Shown here: positions 1 through 13,034 of the stretch, one piece after another
How the letters are laid out: each line of letters begins with the position of its first letter
Numbering within the stretch: position 1 is the first letter of the stretch
From: Kudoa neothunni
Taxonomy: Eukaryota; Animalia; Cnidaria
Direction: 5' to 3'
NCBI GenBank assembly: GCA_964304625.1
Contig: OZ199839.1
Span: forward strand, 2,438,058-2,502,057
Length of the DNA: 64,000 nt
Notes under the pieces: generated by a model
What the model was told of the DNA's origin: nothing
Databases searched by the model: none
The model's input: the letters and a program-made list of their open reading frames with translations, nothing else
Position numbers and translations under genes: made by a program

Positions 1-3000
1 CGTTGGCCAAAGGTCTCCATCATTTAAACAGATCTAATATATTTTCTTCAGTGTTTGACTCCTTGTGAAATTCTTGTGACTCCTGAAATACGTTGGAAAA
101 TTGGTGGAGCTTTGTTCGCTACCAACGCAACCAATACAGCGCTTAATGTCGCCAAATATAATAGCGAATGTTCTGCAATTATAAAAATACCTTTTGGTTA
201 TGTGTCGCCTGAAAATCTCGCTAAGGACGGAATCGCTAGTGGTGCGGGGGACGTTTTTTGGTTAGGATCAATTTTAGTCACTATATTCAATGCTTACTAT
301 CCTAACGGTTGTACAAACTCTTTGGTTACTACTGACTTTAAAGAATTTGAGTCTAATTTGAATCAAGTATTTCTTTTTAAACTAAGATATAAAATATGAT
401 TTGATTAAATCTCTCAAATGTTTGTTTTATTTTAGTTTAATTTTTCAAATCCTCCCTGCCTCAATGTTATACCTTCTGAAATTTACTCGTTGGTGAAAAA
501 ATGTATATCTGGTGACAAATACGGTAGAGCTGATTTGGACGATGTATTAAATGTAATTTACCGCCAAAATAAAAACATTTATTTATTATTTCCATTCCGA
601 AGAATGAATACCTCCATAATATCAATGTCGTTACAATGATTTCGGTGGATGTTATGCCCGCAATGACAGTAGGTGAACGTAAAAAGTTTCTGTTGTCACT
701 TCAAAATACTTTGACTTCAATTTCAGTCGTAAGTTTTATTTATTATTATTTTTGATTTGTTATTCACTGTTGTTACACGAATTTTTGTATGGATCAATGT
801 TTTGAGGATAATAAACTTTTAAATTTAGGACACTATGGCCACATCAATAATCCCCATGCTATTGGAGTATATGTATGAAGACGAGATGACAGTTATCAGT
901 CTTAAAAATCTGATAACGCTAATTCAGCATAACGACTTTAAAGTGTATCCAGGGCTGAATTATACAAGGTTGAAATATTTGGTGGATTCTCCTGATTTCG
1001 AGGTAGTACATTTTGAAGTTTACCCGAAAAAAAACAAATCAAATTCTGATTAATTTACTCATCACTTCTACCAATTTTAAATATCTAAATTTAGGTGATA
1101 GCGCTAATAATAGAAAATTTCGGCGAACTTAGAAAACATCCTGAAACAATGCTAGCCAACAACTACGCTAAGTTGATTTGCAAAGGGCTCGAATCCAACC
1201 ATATTCAATGTCAAGTATGTCTTTGGCTATTTTCAACTACTCTAATTCAACAAAATAACAAATTATATTTAGAAATTAGCTATCGATTCATTGATGGCCA
1301 AATTAGAAAACGAAGGTGTCAGCTTTGTGCCTACTTACACCGATATTATTCCAAGCGTCGGTCGTCTTCTTTCCAATAACAATGTTCCTGCTTATGTATT
1401 TTCTTGTGTTTAATTTTTTTTCTCACCGCCACCAAGATCCATATTAACGCTTTTATAAGTCTCACAAACTTGGTCAGTATGATCGATTATAGAAAAGTAG
1501 AAAATCTGATATTTCCAATTCTATTTGTCGTGACCAACACGGACGTGGCTTTTCTAATGGCCTGTCTTGGTATGTTGATTCATAGTTGTTTTTTGAGATG
1601 TGATGTTCCACCACATTTCCAGGGCTGATGCAAGCAATCTACAAGAATCATGGGAAGAAATTAGATTCCACAATACTGCTCAGTCAATTGATTCCAATTT
1701 TACAAAAAATGGCTTTGCACCCAAATTTTAACCAGAAACAAGTAACATTGAAATATTTTATTTTTGCATAAAAATCATCTTTTTTTAAGCTGAATGCTTT
1801 TAAAAGCACAATATTTTCGTTGTTAGATGCGGCTTTTTGTGAGCTGACTCTTCTTCGACCAACTGGGTAATGTTTATGTTGAGTTTATTATTGGAAACAA
1901 AATTTTAGACCGGAAAATACCTCTAATACTCCTGGAAACGAAAACTGTATCAATGACTTTATTTCTTTATTTCAAACGTTTTAGTATCGAGGGCCAGCTC
2001 ATTGCAGCGAAATGCTTCGAATGATAACTGCCTGAAAGCGCCAAAAAGACCTTCTTTCAGACCTAAAATTACAGATAATCCCACTCAGTCTGTTTTTAGT
2101 ACTCCACCGCCTATTGCTTCAGATCCATTCGCAACCATCTCTCCTGTGTCCACCAAACCAGAAACATCTTTCATAACACAAGTGGTTTGTTTGTATTCTC
2201 TTTTATACATTGTCATAATTAATTAGAATGCCACGGGAAATTCAAATGCCCCTAAACAGTATCTTTATTGAACTAATTTAAGTAATATAACGGGTTTGTT
2301 TTTAAATATAGGTTGGGAACGTACACTCCGCAAAGGCCTCAAGAAAATATTTCTACAACTTTTGATCCTTTTGGAATGTAATTTCATTTTCATAAATTTT
2401 AGTTGTATTTCAAATATTTTTAAGGTCGAAGAATCAATCACCACATCCCAATCTAAATCAAACCACAGGGACTCCAAATAAACCAACTAAAATGGACACC
2501 CCGGTTCCTACATACAACAATCCATTCAAATTCTCTGAACCATCTCCAACAAACCAACCAAATAAAACAATTCAAAATTTTGGAGGGCTGAACAGTCAAA
2601 CTGGAAAAAGTTTTCCAAATCCTGATGTTCTACAAAGTCAAACAAATCAAAATAAGGGATTCTTCGGTAATCGCCCTTCTCAGCAGGACTTCCATAATTA
2701 CGACGTCCCCAAAAGCCAAACCAACTCCACTACAGGATTCGCAAACAGTCAACCTAGCCAAACCAACTCCACTACTGGATTCGTGAATAATCAACCTACT
2801 CAAAATTTCCCCAATTATAATACCCCCAAAAGTCAAACCAACTCCACTACTGGATTTGCAAACAGTCAACCTAGCCAAAATTTCCCTAATTATGACATCC
2901 CAAAAGCCAAACCAACTCCACCACTGGATTCGTGAATAGTCAACCTACTCAAAATTTCCCCAATTATAATATCCCCAAAAGTCAAACCAACTCCACTATT

Positions 3001-3471
3001 GGATTCGTGAATAATCAACCTAGCCAAACCAGCTCCACTACCGGATTCGTGAATAGTCAACCGAGTCAAAATTTCCCTAATTATGACATCCCCAAAAGTC
3101 AAACCAACTCCACTACAGGATTCGCAAACAGGTCAACCTAGCCAAACCAACTCCACTACTGGATTCGTGAATAATCAACCTACTCAAAATTTCCCCAATT
3201 ATAATATCCCCAATAGTCAAACCAACTCTACAACTGGATTCACAAAAAACCAAGCTAGCCAAAATTTTCCAGTTTACGACATCCCCAAAAGTCAAACAAA
3301 TCCAAACCAGGGATTTTTCGGCGCGGGGACCAATCAAAGCCAACCCAATTATGATGTATTCGTAGGTCCAACAAATAAAAACTATGCTGCAATGGGAAAT
3401 AATCTAATCAAAATATTCAAAATAATCAACCCCGTGACGCGTTAAAGGACCAAAGTAATTATAGTTATTAG
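1..3471 (+). CDS. SCYL2: SCY1-like pseudokinase (SCYL2/CVAK104-like), multi-exon, 5' end outside window
   Basis: Kinase-like N-terminal exon (LAKGLHHL..LTPCEILVT..WKIGG..GYVSPE..GDVFWLG), HEAT-like middle exons, then a low-complexity N/Q/S/P/T tail. Short GT-AG introns. Apparent single-base indels at about 2900, 3131 and 3403. Stop at 3445 as given, or 3471 if the last indel is corrected. Confidence 0.75.
2680..3330 (+). repeat. Coding tandem repeat in the SCYL2-like tail (42-nt unit SQTNSTTGF[AV]N[SN]QP and 33-nt unit [ST]QNFPNY[DN]IPK)
   Basis: Repeated caaaccaactccactactggattcgtgaat and caaaatttccccaattat blocks are directly visible. Confidence 0.95.
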
Positions 3472-3784
3472 CTTCGAGAGTTCGATGATTGATTATTGTT
3501 ACACTTAGAAAATCCGTTTTCGTATGGAAACCAACACACATTAAATTCCAACTCAAACTTTCCATTTTAGACAGATTTTTAAAATATTTATAAATGTGCT
3601 GACTGTAGTTGTTTGGAGAAATTTTTTGGATAATTTGTAATTTTATTGCGCAAAAGAAAAATTCAATCTCATATATATAATATTTTAACACATTCTCACA
3701 TGAGAGAAACAAATAGGGAGAACAACACAGCAGATATTGTAGTATGTAAAAAGAAATGTTATAGAGGTAAATGATTCAGTCGGA

Positions 3785-4697
3785 TCAAGAAGACTTTTTA
3801 TCAACAGCAGCATCTTTTTCTTTCGAATCAGTCTAAGTCAAAATATATCATTACTAACTCTTTCAAAATAGTTGGATTACCAGCATTTCATATTCATCTA
3901 AAAGGCGATCATATTCTCGCTTCAGTCCTTCGGATTGAGTCTTCATGGCGGCGTGATCTTTTCTCAATGTTTCCAACTCTAAATATTTTGTATTTATACT
4001 AAAAATCGATCGAGATATTAAAACCTTGTTCCAGTTTGTTGTATTTTTCAGAAGACATTCCATCATTTGATTCCAGATTCTGTTTGAATTGTTCAGAAGT
4101 GTTTAGAGCCTGTTTTAACGTGGCTTCATGTGAGCATTCCAATCTCGCCATAGAACAAACAAGTTTTGTCAAACGATAGATAACCCTAAAGAGGCACACA
4201 TATTACAGCCACATTAAAATTGAAATATCGATCAACTGGCTCACAGGACCAAAAATAACGATAATCCACTTATGTAAAGGTTGCGCTGAGATCGGAACAT
4301 ATTCATTTTAGCTGAAGTAATTGAGTGAGCATTGATGTTTCCATCAAACTTGAATGAGCTAAAGGACTATATTTCTTGATTTCCATAATGGAATCTAAAC
4401 AACGTTCATTTTACTGTAACAAAACAAATTTTGCTAAAGATCAAGCTACCCGCCAAAAGAAACAACAGGAACAACAAATAGCTGAGAAACCACAAATTTA
4501 AGAAGTTTTTAGTTTTCTTCACGAAATTCGATGTTATTATCCAATACATCCTATTTAACGTAGAAATCCAATTAAATAAATGGTCGAAGATTTGACAGTA
4601 AAATATATACCGTTTTGGTGGAAAGAAACAACAATACAACCACCAAAACAATTTCTGCTGCTAAAAGATACGACGCTGAAAGCATAAGAATAGCCAT
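3785..4697 (-). CDS. BCAP31: B-cell receptor-associated protein 31/29 family ER membrane protein, multi-exon
   Basis: N-terminal TM (LLAAEIVLVVLLFL), further TM exons, coiled coil (AMKTQSEGLKREYDRLLDEY) and C-terminal KKSS* dilysine ER-retrieval motif. Confidence 0.85.
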
Positions 4698-7600
4698 TTT
4701 GACAGCTTATCGGCAGATATCGGCATGCGTTGCGCGCATATGTTCATCCTTCATCATGTGGCTACCTTCCCTATTTAATATCGATAATTCATTACATTAA
4801 AAATCAAAAATTTTTAATATTTCAAATCACTTAACATTAATTCTATCGTTAATCACACATTGTTGGGGGATTATGTGATTAAAATTCAAATACGTTTGTT
4901 AACCTTTTAATCCAATAAACGAACTGTTAATATTCCATCACTCCAAAATATTAAATTTTATTTATTCAATACAGTTTGATATTTTTTAACTTTCTTTTCT
5001 AACGAAATGATTATCTACAAGAAATTACAGGAACTTATGGCCTTACGTAATATTGCAATATAACATAAATTAATCAATTTCTAGAAACGTTAACTTACAC
5101 TCTATAAACTTTATAACATTAGCAACTAATTAATTCAAATTGACTTTAGAAAAATTACATATCAATAGTTTTTATACATTTTATGTGTCGTGCGTGAGGA
5201 TTTTTTTCATAACTACGAAGAATATGGCTTGCGTGTCAACAGGCAGTAAGAAAATTCTAAGTCTATCCCAAAAGTTGAATTAATAAATTTTATCAACAAG
5301 CAACGAGTAAATCCACTGCTAAATTTGAAACAATGTGGAACTTAGATGTAAACCAAGATCCGCCATGAATATTATTATAAACATACAGATTAAATGTTTT
5401 GACGTTATAACGACTTTACTGTTTCAAATTAAGAAAAACTCGCAAAGAGAGAAAAATGTGGAAATTGATCTACCATTGAAAGATTGGCTTGAATTGATGA
5501 GAGAAAAAAATGAAGGATTCTCGATAAGTTTCTATCATTTAAGCTGATGAGTTCCTTATAAGTTATTAGTTATAACTTATAACTAACTTTAACTAATAAC
5601 GTATAGCAATTAACACCTGCATTTACTAATTGGTTTAGGCTTTATAAAAAGATTAAACATTTCGCATAATACATTTTTTTGGATCCTCAAATTATAAATC
5701 GCATTTCATTAAAAATTTCTTCAAATATTAGACTAAATAAGTTTGCTAATTTTCCAAAATATAACTTAATTTTTTCTATTTTTATCTATCTTTGCATGCG
5801 CCAAGTTTTGTGCCGTACGTAAATAGGACTCTTGCGTAGTGACTTTGATTTCCTCTCTGTTTAGGCGCGACCCATTAGGCACTGTAATAGTTTACTGAAA
5901 TGAATTATGGATGCCTTTTCAAGACGTATTTTAACTTGGGTGATGTATATATAACATTCCATAAAGTTGATTGAACGCAAAAGTATCTATTTTGTTAAAG
6001 TCTACGTACAAAAACCTAATATTGGGGATTAAAGATAAATATTCCATATTTTAATCTGATTACTTTCTAGATATTTTTAGGTGAAACAGTTTTGCTGAGG
6101 GATATTTGTATGTGATCAGAATAAGAAAATTAATTGCGTTGAATGAATATAATTATTTTCAATAATAATGCCTTTTTATGATATACAGGAAACCCCAACT
6201 ACTTGCGGATCACTTACCTACGATAAATTCGTGTGAATCTAAATTAAACCAGCTTATTAATTTCAGAATTGCATAATAGAAATGAGTCAAACACAACTGT
6301 GTGATTCTCCATTCAAAATCACTTTCTCCGGGTCGACTACCTCGATTAGATTGTGATTATTGCGACGAAAAATTTAATATTCACTAGAATATACGCCTGC
6401 ATCTTCATTAGAAATCAACTAAGTACGTCAACTAACAGGTTTTAAGTACAGTTAATTTTTTAGAATATTATATTTAATTATTTCTGAATCACAAGAGGGA
6501 AGAATTAATTTATTCTGGCAAAAGTGAAAAAATTCAATGTATAAACAGCCTGCGAGTTAGAGTTGATAGTTGGCAGGATTAAAACTTTTCATTACAACAC
6601 AAGCGTAAACGCCTTTTAGGATTTGAATTTACCGCGTAAAAACCTCTATCATAGCAAAACCAATATAAAACCTTTAAGGAAATATGAATTTAGTTTCCAG
6701 GTTAAAGGGATGAGTTTGGATTTTTCACCGGGCTGAGGGGGTAGATTTAAAGAAATGGTTGAGAATCCCTGCTCTAAATGCTCCAAACCACTTTGCGTTA
6801 TTTTTACAGGAATTAATCTTAACTGTGTTCAAAGGTGTTTTTTATCGATAAGTTAAACGCATATGAAAATCGAATTTTTTAAAATAACAAATAAATGAAA
6901 AATTACTCTTATGTTAGTAGTGTTTGTCAAAAATTCTTGTTGCAAGAAATTTATGATTTTATGTTAATTTTGATTCAAATTGTTGACAGATTTTGTACTT
7001 TGAATTCTTATATAATGTATATAAATGATTCAAGATTAGTCTAATTTTTCAGGAAAAGTTTATTTTCTGACAATAAATAATATTAAACAAAAAGTTTAAA
7101 AACAGCTCAATTATAGCAGAATTTGGGCTTTACTATTTGAATCAATATAATATTAATTAAATAATTATTACTAATTATAAATTTAAAACTTTATTCTTAT
7201 AATTAAAATGTTTTCATGAGATAGAATGTGATACATTAAAAACTTAATATCATAAAACGGTTGTGGGATAACAATATTAAAAAGTTTCAACGATATACAA
7301 TAAACAATCCTAAATAATAATATTAGCATATTTATTATTCAATGTTATAATTGTTTTTACACGAAGTTTGTAATTCATCTACACCTTACAAAGACGTAAA
7401 TTACTTTTACAAAATGTCTATTTTTTATTATATTTAAAAAAATATATTTAATTGAGAAAAAAATGCTTATTTTAATATTGTTTTCTACAAAATATTAGGA
7501 TTTCACATGGCATCGTGTATATTTTAAATAGCTTTATTTAATTCACACCATAATCAATCCGTACTGTAATATTCTATGTTTAGTTGAAAATATAACACAC

Positions 7601-8353
7601 CTAAAAACATAAATAATAACTTTAAAGTAATTAAATTATGAAGATAAATCCGAATCTCGATGATCCTTACTTCAAGAGAGATTTTCCTTAGAAATTAAAA
7701 ATTAGTTTGAAATTATTTTTCCCTATAAAATGACGAATGACTATACTAAAATAATTAATTTAAAATATTCTTTTTTAATATTTAATTATATTTATAAATA
7801 CTAAAATTAATGCGATTTTGGATTTTATTATACAAGAATAAATCATAAGTAAATAACTTAAATAAAATAACCTTATTCAAAAGAAGAATTAATTCAAATT
7901 AAGTAGTTATATTAAATAACTTAAAAATAAGCCAAGTTTATCTTTTTAATAAATTTTAAAATTCATTTATAATAAAATTAAAATATTAACGATACAAAAT
8001 CTTATTTAGTTTTATAAGCGTTTATTTATTCATATTTACTTTGTTGGACCCCGAAACTAACTGACAAATTAATTCGATTATATATATGCCATGCGAGTCC
8101 GATAATAAATTAGAAGACAATACCACAAATTCATAATTATAGCCTAGTATAATATTAATCGTTGAACTCAGAGAATATAAACAAACTAGTTACAACACTA
8201 GAGCAAATTCATCAATAATCACATTTACATCATAATTTGAGACTGGAGATTGAATACATTTAATGAGATCACTTCTTAAAAAAAGAAATAACAAGAAAAA
8301 ATTATAATTAATATGACAAAATGTGTGCGAGATATCAAAGTAGTATAACAATT

Positions 8354-10300
8354 TTAATCAAAGAGTTGATTAATGATTTCTTTGTTGCATTTGATTTGGT
8401 TGTCAACGGTTTTGTAAGCTTTTAGAAATGTGTTTTCAACCAAGTTTCCATCTCTAAGGTTGCCTACCAACTCATGGTACTCGTGGATCAGTTGGAGGTC
8501 CTCTTTGAGAATGGAAATTTTTTTCTCATGCTAAATAACTTTAGAGAAATATTTCAAGCTTAAGTTGGTTACATCTGGTTTACAATCTGGGAATATATCA
8601 CATAAACGAGAGTGCATATCGTCGAGTCGTTTCATGTGAGTACTTACCATGGTGTTTAACGATGCGAATTTATCATCAAAACTGTTTCTTTTGATAGATT
8701 TCAACCGGTAAGAATCCACAATTGAAACCATCTCTCTTAACAATTCAAGTTGGATTGAGCATAAATCATCAAATTCCTGAAGATATTCAAGCAGATCATC
8801 GACTTTTCCTTTGTGGTTGTTATCCTTAAATAAAATAATTAAATTAAGATAGTAATATTTAATAATTACATGTGAGCTTAGAGCTTTGGTTCGTGAGACA
8901 ATCGAAACGCTGAATAGCACAACAAAAAATATGAACGAAGCATAATATGGTTTGAATAGAAGAAACAATGAGTTGTAAGAGTACACGATTTGTATTTTTG
9001 TCTCTTGTGCAGGTATCAAATTACGAGCTTCAATTCTAAGAGTGATTCTCCCTCGCATATCCATATAATAGTAGGTGTTGTATTTGGTGACGTTGAAATC
9101 GATAGTTCGAGGAATATCAAAACTAACCACTTGAGCACCTTCTGGTAAAATAATTTCCAAAATAAAATTGTCAATCGATACAATATCTTGACACGCCCCC
9201 AACAAATTTATATTCAACTGACGTAGAGAATCAATTTGATTGGATTGTTTTTTGATGACTTTGGTTGCAGGTCGTTTATATTTGATGGTGAATTCGGTGT
9301 TCCAACCGCCCATCAATGGAAAACGTGGTGTAACATCCATTTGTAGAAAATTTCGCGTAGCAGACAGTGTACTTGTGGATATATTGCCAACCATATCACG
9401 GTAGTAATAATTGTAAGAGTCTTTCGGTAATCGAAAGAGGACACTGTTGATTATGTGAGAAGTTTTCGATAGGCTCGAGTCGGCAATTCTATCGCGAGAA
9501 AATTCTCCAACCAATTTGTTCGCTTGATTGTGAATAATGTGCGATTCCACAAACTCCACATCGGCATACTCGGACACATAAACCTTCCTATGTAACAGCG
9601 AGGTGGATGTGTAACGAACAGACGTTGAAAGATGGATCCAAAATGGAATGTTGCTGAAGGGAACTTGCTCGTTGTTGATAGAATATTTCAACTCGTTTCT
9701 ATTAACAACTTCTGCGCTTTTCTGCGGGGTGTAAGAAATCAATTTGCCATCTTTCAATTTGTATGTTGTTGTTTGAACCTTCACTGGGTATATCGATAAC
9801 ACATTGACTGAATCTTCAAATACATACATCGGCATCACTGTGAGTTCAAGTTCTAATGGATGTGTAATCAGTCGGTTGGTACATATCACTGTGTACACAA
9901 CAGCAACACTCTCTCCACTTCTCAATGGATTCAACAGTGAAACCTCATACACTTGATAGGAGTTGATGTCTTTGGTGTCTAGATTTTGGTTGGAGAGTTG
10001 TTGAAATTGAGATTTTTTTATAGTTTCTTTTGGTGCAACACCTTCTTTGTATGAAAAAACAGCTAGATGTTTGTAGTCGGTTTGATTCAACATAAAATAC
10101 ACGTTTGTCTGTGTTTTTGCACCTGTGTTGCTATAGGTTATGCGAAATGTTGAAGTTACAAGGCTGTTTTCAAATAAAACCTCTTTCTCTGCCCCTATAA
10201 TTTCTACTCCTTCGAGTACTGGAGCAATCTCTTTCATACTAATAGTGTGATCTGCTCCAGGAATAGCAGTGTAATTGAGGGCACAAAACACATAAAACAT
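8354..10300 (-). CDS. RPN1: Oligosaccharyltransferase subunit ribophorin I
   Basis: Signature YYYRDMVGNISTS and PRFPLMGGWNTEF, YYYMDMRGR, one TM segment and a C-terminal helical domain. Two short introns near the 3' end (about 8826-8870 and 8532-8570). The true start may be ATG 10314 if one base is missing. Confidence 0.95.
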
Positions 10301-10424
10301 GCCAATAAAATCATGGAACGACTAGAATTTTCGTGTAGAAGCCATAGATTATTGAAAACGGAACCATTTATTCAAATGATTAATCTACTATAAATCAGCA
10401 CTAACAAACAAGGTTGAAAGTAAA

Positions 10425-10470
10425 TACGCATGTGCAGAAGACAATCGTGAGTCAGCTGTTTTACGTCACA
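10425..10470. promoter_or_regulatory. Putative RPN1 promoter elements (NRF1-like, AP-1-like TGAGTCA, CRE-like TTACGTCA)
   Basis: Three GC-containing motifs clustered 125-170 nt upstream of the RPN1 start in an otherwise AT-rich background. Confidence 0.4.
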
Positions 10471-11459
10471 CTCGCACTCTTTTGCGGGTTTATCTTTAAT
10501 TATATACTTTCTGAAAAATTTATTATTTCACAAAATTCTGTAATAAGATATTGATAATCTATTTTAAAAAAATGATCGAATATCTATTGTTAATCCCCTC
10601 GAGTTGTTTTCTATGCTTTAATGAGAAAGTCGCACCTTTTAGAGCTCATTTGATTCTTTAAAGCTCGCAGATTACCTAATTGACCATCGTATGTAAGGAA
10701 TTTTTGTAATTTTACATGTATCAATAAATGTTCTCTATTATATTCGACAATTTAAAAAATTTTTACGTTTACATTTGTTGTTTAGAAAAATATTAACCAA
10801 TCACATTGTATTGATTGTGTTGCATAATTTTTGTATGCGATACGTATACGTGTTGGATTAACAATAAAATATTCATTATTCAATATAAAAATAAAATTAT
10901 GTGATATTAAAATGTGAGGATTATTATAAAAATGCTTCACCATTTTAAATTTTGAGCTTAGTATGTACGGAATTTTTCGTATTTTGATTAGTTCCACGGA
11001 TTTGTCATATGATATATCTAAAATAATAAGGAAAAAAGTTTAAATAGCTTATTGAAATATGCGATATTTGGGAATAATAATATTGAGTATGTTAATTGAT
11101 ATATCTTCGGTACAAAATAATGAGTTGATCATTAAAAGATTATCACTCAACAGTTACTAATATTTAAAATATTTGGAGATCATTTGGTAATCAGGAAATA
11201 AAGGCAGAGGCTATTGGGCCGATAAAATTTAATCCTAAACGGCATGTACGCCTGGCACAATAGAAATTTGTTAAGCTCAGCAACTTTTACTAAAAAATTT
11301 TTGACAGATATATTTCCTTAGAATATGTTTTATTTAATTATTTCTGACCCATTACTTCACCCTATGGGGCCAGAAATGATTAAATATAGTCAAAATTAGT
11401 ACTACCTGAATATTATTCACGTGTCAATAACCACTTCCGAAATAATAAGGGATTGCAGA

Positions 11460-11944
11460 AATGGACCAGTCGTACGTAACTTTTTCCCATTAACCGCATG
11501 GTTTAAAATAAGCGTTTTTTCTTTTTCTAAACCTTTTAAACAATCGCTAAGTTTTTCTAGTTACATTAACGTGACAGAGGCTAAAAAACGAAGGATAAAC
11601 ATAGACACGTGTTGTAGGCACGTAGTAGGTTGGTTTTACAAAGGGGTTCTCCTCAATTCATAGTAGTAACATTGGCGCAATGATATCTCCCCTTAAAGAT
11701 TTGGAAATGGAAGATAATTTTATTGATTAAATCCTGAACCCTTCAAAAACGGCGTTATTTTACTTAGACGAGCTAGGCAACTAGTGTAAACATCATGGCT
11801 CAAAGAAGCGGGAGTTACTATCTGATTCGATTTCGGATATTTTTTCATGTAATATTTAGTTGCAGCTAGTTTTTGTGCGCGTCGTGGGAATAAGTAGGTA
11901 CAATTTCCTTATTCCCATGCGGATTACATACGACCGATCCATTA
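11460..11944. mobile_element. Non-autonomous TIR element (MITE family A)
   Basis: Inverted ends atggaccagtcgtacgta / tacatacgaccgatccatta. Internal ~400 bp is homologous, in inverted orientation, to 47162-47902. Confidence 0.75.
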
Positions 11945-12988
11945 CTATATTACTAAAATGTGCACATGAACCAAATCTATTTAGTGCATAAAATAGTTTA
12001 TGTAATTTTTCGTTAAATAAGAAGGGGAATAAAATAGGTGTTAGAAATATCATATCAAAATGTAATCTCTGTTCTTGCCGAATGAAATAACCTTAAAAAA
12101 CGTAGATTATTACAATGCTTAGATAATGAATATAATTCTTATCGAAAAAGTTTCTTAATTCCGTTCGAATTTCAATATTAATCGCAAAAAGTTGTTGGAA
12201 ATTTATTTTTGTTAGAATTGTCATTAAAAACATTATTTTATATATAGATTTCCAGGTAAATATTTTTTGAAGATATAAAAATTAATAATGGTATTGCTAA
12301 TATTTTGAAATATGGGCATGGAATAAATATTATTTTACTAAAAAATACAATGGATTTAATTATCCCATTTCGATTAATTTATTGTAAAGTACATTAATCA
12401 TTAAGAAAGCTAACAACCGTTTTAAGTTTAGATATATTTTTTAATTTAACACATATAACATTTTGAATTAAATATATTTTATTAAAAATTTATTCCTATT
12501 TTAGATTTTAATCGCAAAAATTAAGGCTATTTTGATAATATTATTGATGATGAGTAAATTTCAGTTTATAGCTCAAAATTACTATTTCAATGAATGTAAT
12601 GACAACTAAAAAATATATTATCTAATTGATTTGTCATACAAGATAAAAATCTATTATAAAATTTTCAATTTAATTAAGTTATAATTTAAAATATTCTACT
12701 TTTAGATTATTTTATTATCATAATTTTTATATAAATTATGTCAATTATTAGGTGTTAAAAATACGTTAAACCCTTTTTCCGAACTGAAAAATAATAATTT
12801 TATTAATGAATGATTAGTTAATTCAAAAAATATATTTAATCCAAAGAGTTTTTTGTACGAATTAGAAACACCTAATCCTAATATGTAATTTCATTTCGAA
12901 GGTAATTTTCGAATAAACATGATATTGATTCGTCTACAAAATTTTAAATTTTAATATTTATATTTTTTATATAATTAAAATCTTCTTT

Positions 12989-13031
<43 letters not shown>
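12989..13031. repeat. (AC)n(AT)n microsatellite
   Basis: Directly visible. Confidence 0.95.

Positions 13032-13034
<3 letters not shown>

Noticed and set aside
2680-3330. CRISPR-like repeat array
   Set aside because: Units are contiguous multiples of 3 nt with no unique spacers, lie inside a eukaryotic coding exon, and no cas genes are present.
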